A stretch of 64,000 nt of DNA from Methanobacteriota archaeon (lineage in GTDB: Archaea > Thermoplasmatota > Thermoplasmata > UBA10834): the NCBI GenBank assembly GCA_020347645.1, contig CP070736.1, positions 105,788 to 169,787 on the forward strand, written 5' to 3'. The position numbers and the translations under genes were made by a program. Under the pieces are notes generated by a model. The model had not been told where the DNA came from, did no database searches, and saw only the letters and a program-made list of their open reading frames with translations. Positions 28,244 through 37,284 of this stretch are shown in pieces (the first letter of the stretch is position 1; each line of letters begins with the position of its first letter).

Positions 28244-29470
28244 ATGAAGCACAAGAAGATGCTTATGGTCGTCTGCGATGGTGTTTCCGATCGACCGGTG
28301 AAACAGTTCGACGGCCTGACTCCACTCCAAGCCGCGCGAAAGCCCGCAATGGACGCCGTAGCCAGAAACGGATTATCCGGGACAATGGATGTGATCGCTC
28401 CAGGAGTCGTCCCTGGAAGCGATACCGCTCATCTTGCGCTCTTCGGCTACGACCCCTACAAGGTCTACACTGGAAGAGGGTCGATCGAAGCCGCCGGCGC
28501 TGGAATAGACCTCAGAAAGGGCGACATCGCGTTCAGGTGCAACTTTGCCACTACCGATGACGGCGTCAACATAATCGACAGGAGGGCTGGAAGGATACGG
28601 TCTGGCACCTCGGAGCTCGCAGAAGCCATCTCTGGCATGAAGCTGGAGGATGTCGAGGTAATCTTCAAAGAGGGGTCTGAGCACAGAGCAGTCTTGGTTT
28701 TTCGCGGACCCGGTTTGGACCATCGCGTCTCGGAGGTGGACCCTCACATCGAGGGTGAGCTGCTTCATTCGAAGGCTGGATCTCCTGAAGCAGAAAAGAC
28801 TGCCCGCCTGCTGAACGAGTTTGTCAGGCGTTCCCACGAGATACTGTCGAACCATGAAGTCAATCTGGAGCGGCAAAATGCGGGCTTGCCACCGGCCAAC
28901 ATCGTGCTGCCAAGAGGTGCGGGTAGCGCGCTCGCAATCGAATCCCTCTCGGATAGGTTTGGACTGAGGTGCGCCGGAATCGCGGGCGTGACACTGGTGA
29001 AAGGGATCTGTCGGTTGCTAGGAATGGAAGTCATCGAAGTGCCAGGAGCGACCGGCGGTGTTGATACTGATTATCTCGCCAAAGCCAATGCTGCGACCGG
29101 AGCAATCGATGAGCATGATCTCGTGTTCCTTAACGTGAAAGCTGCTGACGTAGCGGGCCACGATGGCGACTTCAGGCTGAAAGTCCAGGTTGTTGAGAGC
29201 ATAGATATGATGCTTGGGAGCATCCTGAAGGATCTCCATGAGGAGGTCGTGGTGGCGTTGTTGGCTGATCACTCCACTCCTGTCAGCGTCAAGGACCACA
29301 GCGCGGATCCGGTGCCAGTCAGCATTTCTGGCGCGGACTCTCGGGTGGATGCTGTGCGCAAGTACGACGAGATATCGGCAGCTTCAGGTGCTCTCGGCAG
29401 AATCAGGGGAGTTGATCTCCTGCCAATCATACTGGGAATGGCGAACAGGTCTTCGGAGTACGGCGCATGA
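28244..29470 (+). CDS. apgM: 2,3-BPG-independent phosphoglycerate mutase
   Basis: DGVSDRP, TPLQAA, PGSDTAHLALFGYDP, DRRAGRI, D.AGHDG, ADHSTP, H..DPVP. Confidence 0.95.
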   Translation: MKHKKMLMVVCDGVSDRPVKQFDGLTPLQAARKPAMDAVARNGLSGTMDVIAPGVVPGSDTAHLALFGYDPYKVYTGRGSIEAAGAGIDLRKGDIAFRCNFATTDDGVNIIDRRAGRIRSGTSELAEAISGMKLEDVEVIFKEGSEHRAVLVFRGPGLDHRVSEVDPHIEGELLHSKAGSPEAEKTARLLNEFVRRSHEILSNHEVNLERQNAGLPPANIVLPRGAGSALAIESLSDRFGLRCAGIAGVTLVKGICRLLGMEVIEVPGATGGVDTDYLAKANAATGAIDEHDLVFLNVKAADVAGHDGDFRLKVQVVESIDMMLGSILKDLHEEVVVALLADHSTPVSVKDHSADPVPVSISGADSRVDAVRKYDEISAASGALGRIRGVDLLPIILGMANRSSEYGA

Positions 29471-29476
29471 TCATAT

Positions 29477-29758
29477 TCACGAAGTAGACAGCTCTCGATT
29501 TATCTCCTCGTCCTGCGAATGACCGACAACAATCACGTCAGCTTCATCAATGCCATCCAGACGCATGAGCCTCCTCTTGATGTTCATCGCGAAATGGATG
29601 CCGAGCGGACAGTGCGATGATGTGGGGCGGAACGTAAGGCTTACGCGAGGACCAACGACCACCACATCCGACACCAAACCCATGTCATAGATGTTCAAGT
29701 TCGTGTGGGGGTCTATTATCTCCCTCAGTGCGCTGATAACCCGGTCCTTTTTGTCCAT
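29477..29758 (-). CDS. DUF59/SufT Fe-S assembly-like protein
   Basis: ALREIIDPH...NIYDMGLV, PTSSHCPL; start at the ATG after GGAGGTG. Confidence 0.88.
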   Translation of the reverse strand: MDKKDRVISALREIIDPHTNLNIYDMGLVSDVVVVGPRVSLTFRPTSSHCPLGIHFAMNIKRRLMRLDGIDEADVIVVGHSQDEEINRELSTS

Positions 29759-29853
29759 CCCTTGCACCTCCGGTTGTCTCCCTTCCCTTTCGATTTCCTA
29801 GACCTGTCTCCGTGTAGTTCAATCTGTCGTCTGTGTGGTACGGGTCGCCCGTT

Positions 29854-30495
29854 TCAGACATTGCGTCTCTGCTTCTTGAAGTAGTCAAGCACGATCTTTC
29901 TCTGGCCCTTTCGGAGCACTTCGGACAGCGTAGACGGTGACACATCGAACATGCGTGCCAGCTCTCTGAGGCTTATGCGCTTCGGATAGTCGAAATATCC
30001 TCTCTCGAACGCAACCTGCGTTATCTTGTCCTGCCTCTCTGTCAAGGATTCCTTGTCATCGATCTTGGTCAGCTTGATGAGCTCCGCATCAACGCTCTTG
30101 CTCTTCAGGTGGTCGAAGATGTCTTTCAGGACCTGCTTCTCACTCATTATGAGGGTCCACTCGACCTTTCCTTCCGTCTTGGATTGTGCCGAGATGAGGA
30201 AGACATCCGCATCCGTGAGTATTCGACAAATCTGGCATCTGGTCGTCGTGACTGCGCTGATGACTTTTCCTTTCTCCGTCACGGTGGTGTCCATGCGAGC
30301 GACCAACGGGTTCTTTGCTATGGCGCCCAGAACTTCATCCATCAGATCGGAAGGAGCCGAGATCTCCACCAGATCCTTGACCCCCTCCTCCGCATATGGC
30401 ATCCTGTCTATGACCCTGATCTCCGCGGGGTACTTGGCGGAGACATCGCTGATCCAGTTCTCTGGTTCGCGCAGCGAGATTACAGCTTCCATCAT
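29854..30495 (-). CDS. HTH_10 (bacterio-opsin activator-like) regulator
   Basis: C-terminal LTERQ...AFERGYFDYPKRISLRELARMFDVSPSTLSEVLRKG. Confidence 0.9.
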   Translation of the reverse strand: MMEAVISLREPENWISDVSAKYPAEIRVIDRMPYAEEGVKDLVEISAPSDLMDEVLGAIAKNPLVARMDTTVTEKGKVISAVTTTRCQICRILTDADVFLISAQSKTEGKVEWTLIMSEKQVLKDIFDHLKSKSVDAELIKLTKIDDKESLTERQDKITQVAFERGYFDYPKRISLRELARMFDVSPSTLSEVLRKGQRKIVLDYFKKQRRNV

Positions 30496-30647
30496 TTTGT
30501 CGATGCCCCTCCAGAATTACGATCTGAATATTCCCTGTGTAAGAATCGTTGATAGCGTATATCAATCTTGACATCCACAAGCGTGAGCCTCTATGGGCAC
30601 TTTCATCAGACCCCCGTGCTCCTTAATTATCGCTAAGGCGATTGCCG

Positions 30648-31967
30648 ATGCAGATGGATCTATCCCCTTTCGACCGATCGGCAGTCATGCCTGACAATTC
30701 TTCTTTGTTCGAGGAGGTATTGTCTGGCGACCATATACGTACGAAATCTTCGAGGTGCGTGTATTGCAAGGGCTCCAAGATGCTTTGCGGAAAGAGCCGT
30801 TGCAGCGTGCTCACAAGGTATTTTTCTGCGGCAAAGGCTACCAGGCAGTTGGACGGGATTAGCCTTGAAGGCAACTCTCCGCCAAGCGTGTTTGTTGGGA
30901 GGATGGGATACCCGAAGGTCGCAGTGGGACCAATGATACCTCCGTATCATGGCGATACATCCTTGCTAGATACTCCCGAGCGATGGGTCGGCCTGTCCAT
31001 AGACGACATCATAGGTTTCAGGTCCAGCCTAGTAAGGGGAATGCATTGGGTGGACGTACAGGACGTCGATAGCTCCAACAGGCTGATCAGCAGGACTCGA
31101 GAAATAGCAATGGCCCAGAACCCTCCAGAGATCGAGGCCGAGTTCAGGAGGAAGCCGATAGGCAGATTGACAGTTGACGACGACGTTCAGCCCTTTGGTC
31201 CATCCGCCCCCCTCGAGAGGTTCGATGTGGCCAACTGCAGGCTGGACCAGCGATTGGAGAAGGCCGCCTCTGACAGCGACCTGCTCGCGCGTGACGCGGT
31301 GATCTCTTTGTACAACGACGGTGCGATGGTCTCACAGATACAGAAGGCCTTCAGCGTGGGAGCGTTCGGACTCGGCAAGCGTCGTAGATTCGTTCCCACT
31401 CGATGGAGCATCACCGCCGTCGACAGCCAGTTGGGCATGCACCTTCTCGAGGGTACCAAGACGTTTCCTTTGATCAACGAGTACAGAGTGTACGAGACGC
31501 ACAGCCTGGATAACCGTTGGGCAGTTCTAATGACTCCGAGCTCCTGGAGATACGAGCTGATCGAGGCCTGGTATCCCAACACCGTTTGGAACCCCCATAA
31601 TGACCGTATAGCGATCATGTCGGACCACGAGTTCTTCGACGGCAGAAAGACGTATGCAAGCATCGGTGGATGCTACTACGCAGCCAGGCTCGCAGTCAAT
31701 GAATTACTGTCTCGCGAGAGACGGCAGGCAGGGGTCTGTATAATGAGAGAGGCGCATCCTGGGTACATACTCCCTGTCGGAGTGTGGAACGTGAGGGAGA
31801 ATGTGAGGAAAGCCCTCACAAACCCTCCGCATAGGTTCCCTACCCTCAGATCTGCCATGACCCATGTTTCAGACATCATGGACATCCCGATATCCCGTTG
31901 GATCAAGAGCAGTGCTGTGCTGAAGGACGCCCTTTACCAGCGTCGTGTGGAGGATTTCTGGGAGTGA
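30648..31967 (+). CDS. nreA: Nre family DNA repair protein
   Basis: CVYCKG..MLCG...C, SPPSVFVGR.GYP, VPTRWSITAVD, GVWNVRE, C-terminal PIP box QRRVEDFW. Confidence 0.93.
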   Translation: MQMDLSPFDRSAVMPDNSSLFEEVLSGDHIRTKSSRCVYCKGSKMLCGKSRCSVLTRYFSAAKATRQLDGISLEGNSPPSVFVGRMGYPKVAVGPMIPPYHGDTSLLDTPERWVGLSIDDIIGFRSSLVRGMHWVDVQDVDSSNRLISRTREIAMAQNPPEIEAEFRRKPIGRLTVDDDVQPFGPSAPLERFDVANCRLDQRLEKAASDSDLLARDAVISLYNDGAMVSQIQKAFSVGAFGLGKRRRFVPTRWSITAVDSQLGMHLLEGTKTFPLINEYRVYETHSLDNRWAVLMTPSSWRYELIEAWYPNTVWNPHNDRIAIMSDHEFFDGRKTYASIGGCYYAARLAVNELLSRERRQAGVCIMREAHPGYILPVGVWNVRENVRKALTNPPHRFPTLRSAMTHVSDIMDIPISRWIKSSAVLKDALYQRRVEDFWE

Positions 31968-32761
31968 CCGAAATGAAGGTCAAGCTGGTGAAATGTTCGA
32001 TTGCTGCTCCACCTTCCAGGCTGCCGGGTTTGGACAGAGCGGTCAATCCGTACAGGGGATGTGCCCATTCGTGCTCATATTGCTATGCTCAAGATGTCAC
32101 CAGGTCGGAGACGAGCAGTATCTGGGGGTCTTTTGTCGATGTCAAGGTCAACGTCGTCCAGAGGCTAAAGAAGGAGCTGGAAAGGTGTGCGAAGGGGGTC
32201 TACGGTGTAGGGACCGTAACTGACCCGTATCAGCCTTTAGAGGAGAAGCACGAGCTCACTAGAGGATGTCTTTCATTGCTGAATCGATTTGGCGCCAAGG
32301 CTAGCGTGCTTACGAAGTCCGATCTTGTGCTGCGAGACATCGACCTCCTTGCGGAGATGGAAGCTGTCGAGATAGGCCTCAGCGTATCGTGCGCGAACGA
32401 TCGCATCGCCGGCATAGTCGAGCCTGGAGCACCGCCTCCCAGTGCGAGGTTCGACGCGCTTTCAGCTCTGGCGGATGCAGGTGTAGACGCCTATCTCATG
32501 GCAGCCCCAGTCATCCCGGGTGTCTCGGATTCGAGGCAATCGCTGACAGCCCTGATTGAGGCGGCAGCAGTTGCGGGCGTCGTGAGAGTTGTCTGGGACT
32601 CCTGGAACCCCAAGCCGATCGCGTCAAACAGACTCAAGAAGGCTCTGAACGACGCGGATATGCGTCTTGGGTCAAGCACGGAAGAGAGCACGTTTCGGGT
32701 GCGTTCTGAACTGAGCGAGTTGTGCGGCCAAAAGGGCATGCATCTTGAGGACGCGTTCTAG
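31964..32761 (+). CDS. SplB-like radical SAM protein
   Basis: [43 protein letters not shown]; GTGA overlap with the nreA stop. Confidence 0.88.
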   Translation: MTEMKVKLVKCSIAAPPSRLPGLDRAVNPYRGCAHSCSYCYAQDVTRSETSSIWGSFVDVKVNVVQRLKKELERCAKGVYGVGTVTDPYQPLEEKHELTRGCLSLLNRFGAKASVLTKSDLVLRDIDLLAEMEAVEIGLSVSCANDRIAGIVEPGAPPPSARFDALSALADAGVDAYLMAAPVIPGVSDSRQSLTALIEAAAVAGVVRVVWDSWNPKPIASNRLKKALNDADMRLGSSTEESTFRVRSELSELCGQKGMHLEDAF

Positions 32762-32850
32762 CATCCGTCGAAAACTCTTGGCGAAGTCCGCTTAATGCGC
32801 TCATTTTATATAGAAGCTCTATCATACTCGACGAATCGGAGGCAGAATAG

Positions 32851-34509
32851 ATGTTGGGAAACCAACCGGTTATTATACTGAAGGAAGGCACGGAGACGAC
32901 CAGAGGCCGTACTGCGCATTCGAACAACATAGTTGCGGCAAGGGCCGTTGCCGATGCGGTAAGGAGCACGCTCGGGCCCAAGGGCATGGACAAGATGCTT
33001 GTTGACAGTATGGGCGACATAGTGATAACGAATGACGGAGCGACGATCCTCAAGGAGCTAGATATCGAGCATCCAGCTGCGAAGATGATTGTAGAAATTT
33101 CGAAAACGCAGGACAATGAGTGCGGCGACGGTACGACTAGCGCGGTCGTGATCGCCGGGGAACTCCTGAAGAAGTCGGAAGCGCTCATAGAGCAGAACGT
33201 TCACCCGACAGTGATCGCGAACGGTTTCAAGCTCGCGGCGCAGGAATCCGTGAAGGTGCTGAAGAGCCTAGGAATGAATGTGTCCCCAACGGACAAGAAG
33301 ACACTGAAACTCGTTGCCAAGACAGCGATGACTGGAAAGAGCGTTGGTGGCGAGAAGGAGGTCCTCGCAACCATAGCAGTCAATGCAGTCTTGTCGGTGG
33401 CAGAGGAGACGGGCGGCAAGCACAAGGCCGACATCGACAACATTCAGGTTGAGAAGAAGCATGGCGGATCCGTTGCGGACACGGAACTCATCAAAGGAAT
33501 GGTGCTTGACAAGGAACGCGTTCACTCAAGGATGCCAAAGGTAATTGAAGGAGCCAAGATAGCGCTCATAGATTCCGCACTTGAGATCAAGAAGACCGAA
33601 GTCGAGGCCAAGATTCAGATCAAGGATCCGATGCAGATGCAGAAGTTCCTAGATGAGGAGGAGAACACCCTCAGGGAGATGGTCGATAAGATCAAGAAGT
33701 CCGGCGCGAACGTCGTCATGTGCGAGAAGGGCATCGACGACCTGGCGCAGCACTATATGGCAAAGGAAGGTTTCTATGCCGTCAGGCGGGTGAAGAGGTC
33801 CGACATGGAAAAGCTGGCCAAGGCGACAGGCGGAAAGGTCGTTACGAACCTAGATGATCTCTCCGCCGCAGAGCTGGGCAAGGCCGAGCAGGTGGAGGAG
33901 GTCAAGATTGGCGATTCAGACATGACTTTCGTCACCGGATGCAGAAATCCTAAGGCGGTCTCTGTGCTCGTTAGAGGTGGCACGGAACATGTCGTAGACG
34001 AAGCGGAGCGCGCGCTTCACGATGCGCTCAAAGTGGTTTCGGTGTCGATAGAGGACGGCGTCGCGGTCGCAGGAGGAGGCGCTGCGGAGATAGAGCTCTC
34101 TCTGAGGCTGCGAGATTATGGTCAGAGCGTAGGCGGAAGGGAACAGCTCGCAATCGAGGCTTTCGCCGAAGCGCTGGAGGTAATCCCTTGGACGTTGGCT
34201 GAGAACGCCGGCATGGACTCGATAAACGTCCTCATTGAGCTGAAGAACTCCCACTCCAAGAAGGCTGGGAAGGCTCATGGGGTGGACGTCATGTCAAACA
34301 AGGTCTCGGACATGATGGAGTGCCAGGTTCTTGAGCCTCTCAGGGTCAAGAAGCAGGCGATAGAGTCGGCGACGGAAGTCGCTTCAATGGTCCTGAGAAT
34401 AGACGACGTGATAGCGTCGAAGAAGATGAGCCCGTCCGACATGCCACAGGGCCCTCCTGGCGGAGGAGGCATGGGCGGCATGGGCGGAATGCCTCCAGGA
34501 ATGATGTAA
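32851..34509 (+). CDS. thsA: Thermosome (group II chaperonin) subunit
   Basis: [34 protein letters not shown]-rich tail. Confidence 0.98.
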   Translation: MLGNQPVIILKEGTETTRGRTAHSNNIVAARAVADAVRSTLGPKGMDKMLVDSMGDIVITNDGATILKELDIEHPAAKMIVEISKTQDNECGDGTTSAVVIAGELLKKSEALIEQNVHPTVIANGFKLAAQESVKVLKSLGMNVSPTDKKTLKLVAKTAMTGKSVGGEKEVLATIAVNAVLSVAEETGGKHKADIDNIQVEKKHGGSVADTELIKGMVLDKERVHSRMPKVIEGAKIALIDSALEIKKTEVEAKIQIKDPMQMQKFLDEEENTLREMVDKIKKSGANVVMCEKGIDDLAQHYMAKEGFYAVRRVKRSDMEKLAKATGGKVVTNLDDLSAAELGKAEQVEEVKIGDSDMTFVTGCRNPKAVSVLVRGGTEHVVDEAERALHDALKVVSVSIEDGVAVAGGGAAEIELSLRLRDYGQSVGGREQLAIEAFAEALEVIPWTLAENAGMDSINVLIELKNSHSKKAGKAHGVDVMSNKVSDMMECQVLEPLRVKKQAIESATEVASMVLRIDDVIASKKMSPSDMPQGPPGGGGMGGMGGMPPGMM

Positions 34510-34522
34510 ACCACTAACAGTC

Positions 34523-34554
34523 AGAGGGCCCGAAGCCCTCTTTTCTCCATTTTT
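34523..34554 (+). terminator. Hairpin plus pyrimidine tract after the thermosome gene
   Basis: AGAGGGC-CCGAA-GCCCTCT followed by TTTCTCCATTTTT. Confidence 0.75.
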
Positions 34555-34763
34555 CTAGCCTGGTAACGTACGATGTCGTGCGATTGAAGCGATATTCAAA
34601 TGCGAACCAACATGGATCAGGTTACCCTGAGGCGGCAGTTCACCCATTCTTGTCCGCGGTATCCTCGTTCCAATTCTCCTCAATAGGTGCCTGCTCAAAA
34701 CACACTCTTGAATTCGTCGAAAGAGATTTCCCCTCCGTACTCATTGCCGGGTCGGAATCGCCA

Positions 34764-35495
34764 ATGGTGGTCGGAAAGCAGAATCGGCTGAAGGCCTGGC
34801 ATGGAGAGGATTGGCACACGCCTCGAGGACGGTTGATCAGAGACATCGTCTATGCCGTCGACACCGGTCTGATAACAACTGTGGCATTCCTTGCCGGCGT
34901 GTCGGCCTTGGTCGATACCAATGATTCCATCGTGTTGGCTGGTCTGGCTCAGGTCTCTGCAGGTGCGATAGCGATCTTTTTCGGGGCATACATTTCGACA
35001 AAGGCTCAGAAAGACTTCTTCGAGAACCAGGTTAGAAGAGAAACTGAGGAAATCGAAATGATGCCTGAGAGAGAATCACAAGAAATTCGTGAGATTTTCG
35101 AGGATTATGGCTTCTCCGCCGAGGAGCAGGAAACTGCGGTGAGGGTCATAACGAGCGACAAGAAACTGTGGTTGAAATTCATGGTCCAGGAGGAGATTGG
35201 CATCTCGCCTGAAGCCATTGACGATCCTCTGAAGATTGGCAGCACCGCTATGTTGTCATTTCTAGTGGGAGCGTTTCCTGCTATTCTGCCATTTTTCGTG
35301 TTGGCCACGCCCGAAATCGCATTGATGGTTAGCGCAGTAGCGATTCTGACATTCTTATTCGTGCTCGGAATGTGGAAATCCAGATTAACAAAGGTTCCTA
35401 AACTCCTCAGCGGGGCGGAGACTCTGGCTATAGGAGGAATTTCATGCGGATTAGGTTTCCTGTTTGGCAGGATTGTCCATCTCTTAATAGGCTGA
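34764..35495 (+). CDS. VIT1/CCC1 family metal (Fe/Mn) transporter
   Basis: IRDIVYAVDTGLITT, AGAIAIFFGAYIS, cytosolic E-rich domain, SFLVGAFPAILPF. Confidence 0.88.
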   Translation: MVVGKQNRLKAWHGEDWHTPRGRLIRDIVYAVDTGLITTVAFLAGVSALVDTNDSIVLAGLAQVSAGAIAIFFGAYISTKAQKDFFENQVRRETEEIEMMPERESQEIREIFEDYGFSAEEQETAVRVITSDKKLWLKFMVQEEIGISPEAIDDPLKIGSTAMLSFLVGAFPAILPFFVLATPEIALMVSAVAILTFLFVLGMWKSRLTKVPKLLSGAETLAIGGISCGLGFLFGRIVHLLIG

Positions 35496-36486
35496 CGAAT
35501 GGTTCTTGGTAATCGCAATAATAGCACATGGTTTTCGACCTGCTGATGTTGCACATGTTCTCCGCTCTTTAGAAGCGTTGATTGACTATCACGATGTGCA
35601 TCTTCAAATTATCCAGATTCCATAGTCAATTGGCACTTCTCCGCAACAAATCGTCAATGTGAACCTTCCTTCAGCAAATATCCAGGCTGTAGCGCGATGC
35701 GTTTGGCCGTCTCGTAGATATTGCACTATTTCGTCTTCTTGTCTTGTTGATTTCATGTAGAAGATATAATTGTTGTTCCGTTTAGATGAATGGCGCGTAT
35801 TTATAATCTGTCAGCTATACTGCGGTCAAGGCGCTTTGCTTCCATCTCATGTATGATAGGTTCAGAGCATAAAATATTATGCATTGCCTATTATTTAATA
35901 TATCGACATCCAGTCTGGCTATTGATTCTTGTTTGCATTCGATCACATAGAAATCTGCATTAAGAATGAAGGTGAAGAATCGGGATTACTGCGTTTCGAA
36001 GTAGGTTTGATCAGAGAGGACCCGGCGCTAGAGCTTGCCACGTTATAGCATGTCACTGTGTCTGCCATCGTCTGACGAAATATCAGCATTTAGACAAAAT
36101 ATTATATCTGATAGCATTTACAGCACATATAATATTTCTATTAGCTAAAATCTAGATATTTTATTGCCCCTATAAGGGGCAACTAGCGAAATACTGCCGC
36201 GGATCGGCGATTTTAGGCGCGATAGTCTATACTTTCCGAACACTTTTTGCATGAGCATGATACAAAATAGCACGGATAGGCCTGTCAAAAGAGGCCATCC
36301 ATAGGCGTGCAGGGACTTCAAAAAGGCAAAACGGCGACAAATCGGGCATTTGTTGACGATTTTAGACGCCTTCATCAAGGCTCAAGCCGGACAAAGTCGT
36401 CTTCCTGTAAAAATGCGACATTTTATATAGGCACAATTCGATTGATTGTCGGACATTCGTCCGCGAAGCAAGGGATGGGACCCACC
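35496..36486. other. ~1 kb AT-rich non-coding region with palindromes and repeats
   Basis: Largest intergenic gap in the window and visibly more AT-rich than its flanks; contains TTGCCCCT-ATA-AGGGGCAA, GCATAA-AATA-TTATGC and ATTGACTAT..ATAGTCAAT. Confidence 0.7.
36410..36429 (+). promoter_or_regulatory. Palindrome AAAATG-CGA-CATTTT fused to the TATA box (TTTTATATA) of the recombinase gene
   Basis: Seen directly; a near-identical copy lies at 55802-55816. Confidence 0.55.
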
Positions 36487-37137
36487 ATGCGAAAGTATCT
36501 CAAGGAAAGCGAGCTAAAGAATCTGCTCGAGGCGCCAAAGCGCATGAGAGATCGTCTGATCATCAAGCTGATGTATGAGACGGGCGTACGAGTCGGTGAA
36601 CTAGCTGCCTTGACAATCGGTGACGTGGACCTGGAATCGGGCGAAATTACGATTCAGCATGCGAAGCGACATCGTGAGGGGCGGAAGGTGCCGATCGTGA
36701 ATTCCTGGACCAAGACTATGCTGCGCGATTATATTGGCACGCGCAAGAACAGGAAGGATCCGTTGTTCGTTTCGAACAAACGAGGTCCGCTGTCCAGACG
36801 CCAGATAGAACGACTAGTTCACAACTACGGCGCAGAAGTAGGCCTCGATAGGGACAAGAGGCATCCCCACGTCCTGCGACATACGCATGCCGTCCATGCT
36901 CTGAAGTCTGGCATCGATCTCAGGACACTTCAGCAGAATCTCGGACACTCCAGTATCGAAGTCACGGCGATATATCTCACGATGGATATCGATGACCGCA
37001 AGGAGGAATACTCCAAGCATCGCTTGCCTGGCATGGAGATGGCTGATGGTGAACAGGACGAAGACAATTCGAGGAACTCCTCAAGTGGGCTTGCTGCGAG
37101 CCACACCACCTACTACGTGCTCTCAGAGGATGTTTAG
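36487..37137 (+). CDS. Tyrosine recombinase, catalytic domain only (216 aa)
   Basis: TGVRVGEL (R), HAKR (K), HPHVLRHT (HxxR), LGHSS (H), TAIY (Y); no N-terminal core-binding domain. Confidence 0.92.
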   Translation: MRKYLKESELKNLLEAPKRMRDRLIIKLMYETGVRVGELAALTIGDVDLESGEITIQHAKRHREGRKVPIVNSWTKTMLRDYIGTRKNRKDPLFVSNKRGPLSRRQIERLVHNYGAEVGLDRDKRHPHVLRHTHAVHALKSGIDLRTLQQNLGHSSIEVTAIYLTMDIDDRKEEYSKHRLPGMEMADGEQDEDNSRNSSSGLAASHTTYYVLSEDV

Positions 37138-37284
37138 TTCATAGCTATATTGTTCTATTTGATGAATATCATAGCGATACTATTGCACGCTTATGCTAAA
37201 ATGCGTTGCAGAACCCGACAGAAACCCTGTAATTCAGCGTTCCCGTGGTAATCTATAAACGGGCCGTTGATGCTTGACACATAG

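Noticed and set aside
34460-34506. GGC-ATG-GGC tandem repeats
   Set aside because: They encode the normal GGM tail of chaperonins.
35496-36486. Replication origin next to rfcL
   Set aside because: The region is AT-rich, but I find no ORB-like TCCAxTGGAAA plus G-string repeats and no orc1/cdc6 gene; the three ATCCAG hexamers are too weak. Not excluded without skew data.
36307-36486. 60-aa N-terminal extension of the recombinase in the ORF track
   Set aside because: Not domain-like, and it runs across the TATA box and hairpin array; ATG 36487 is the better start.
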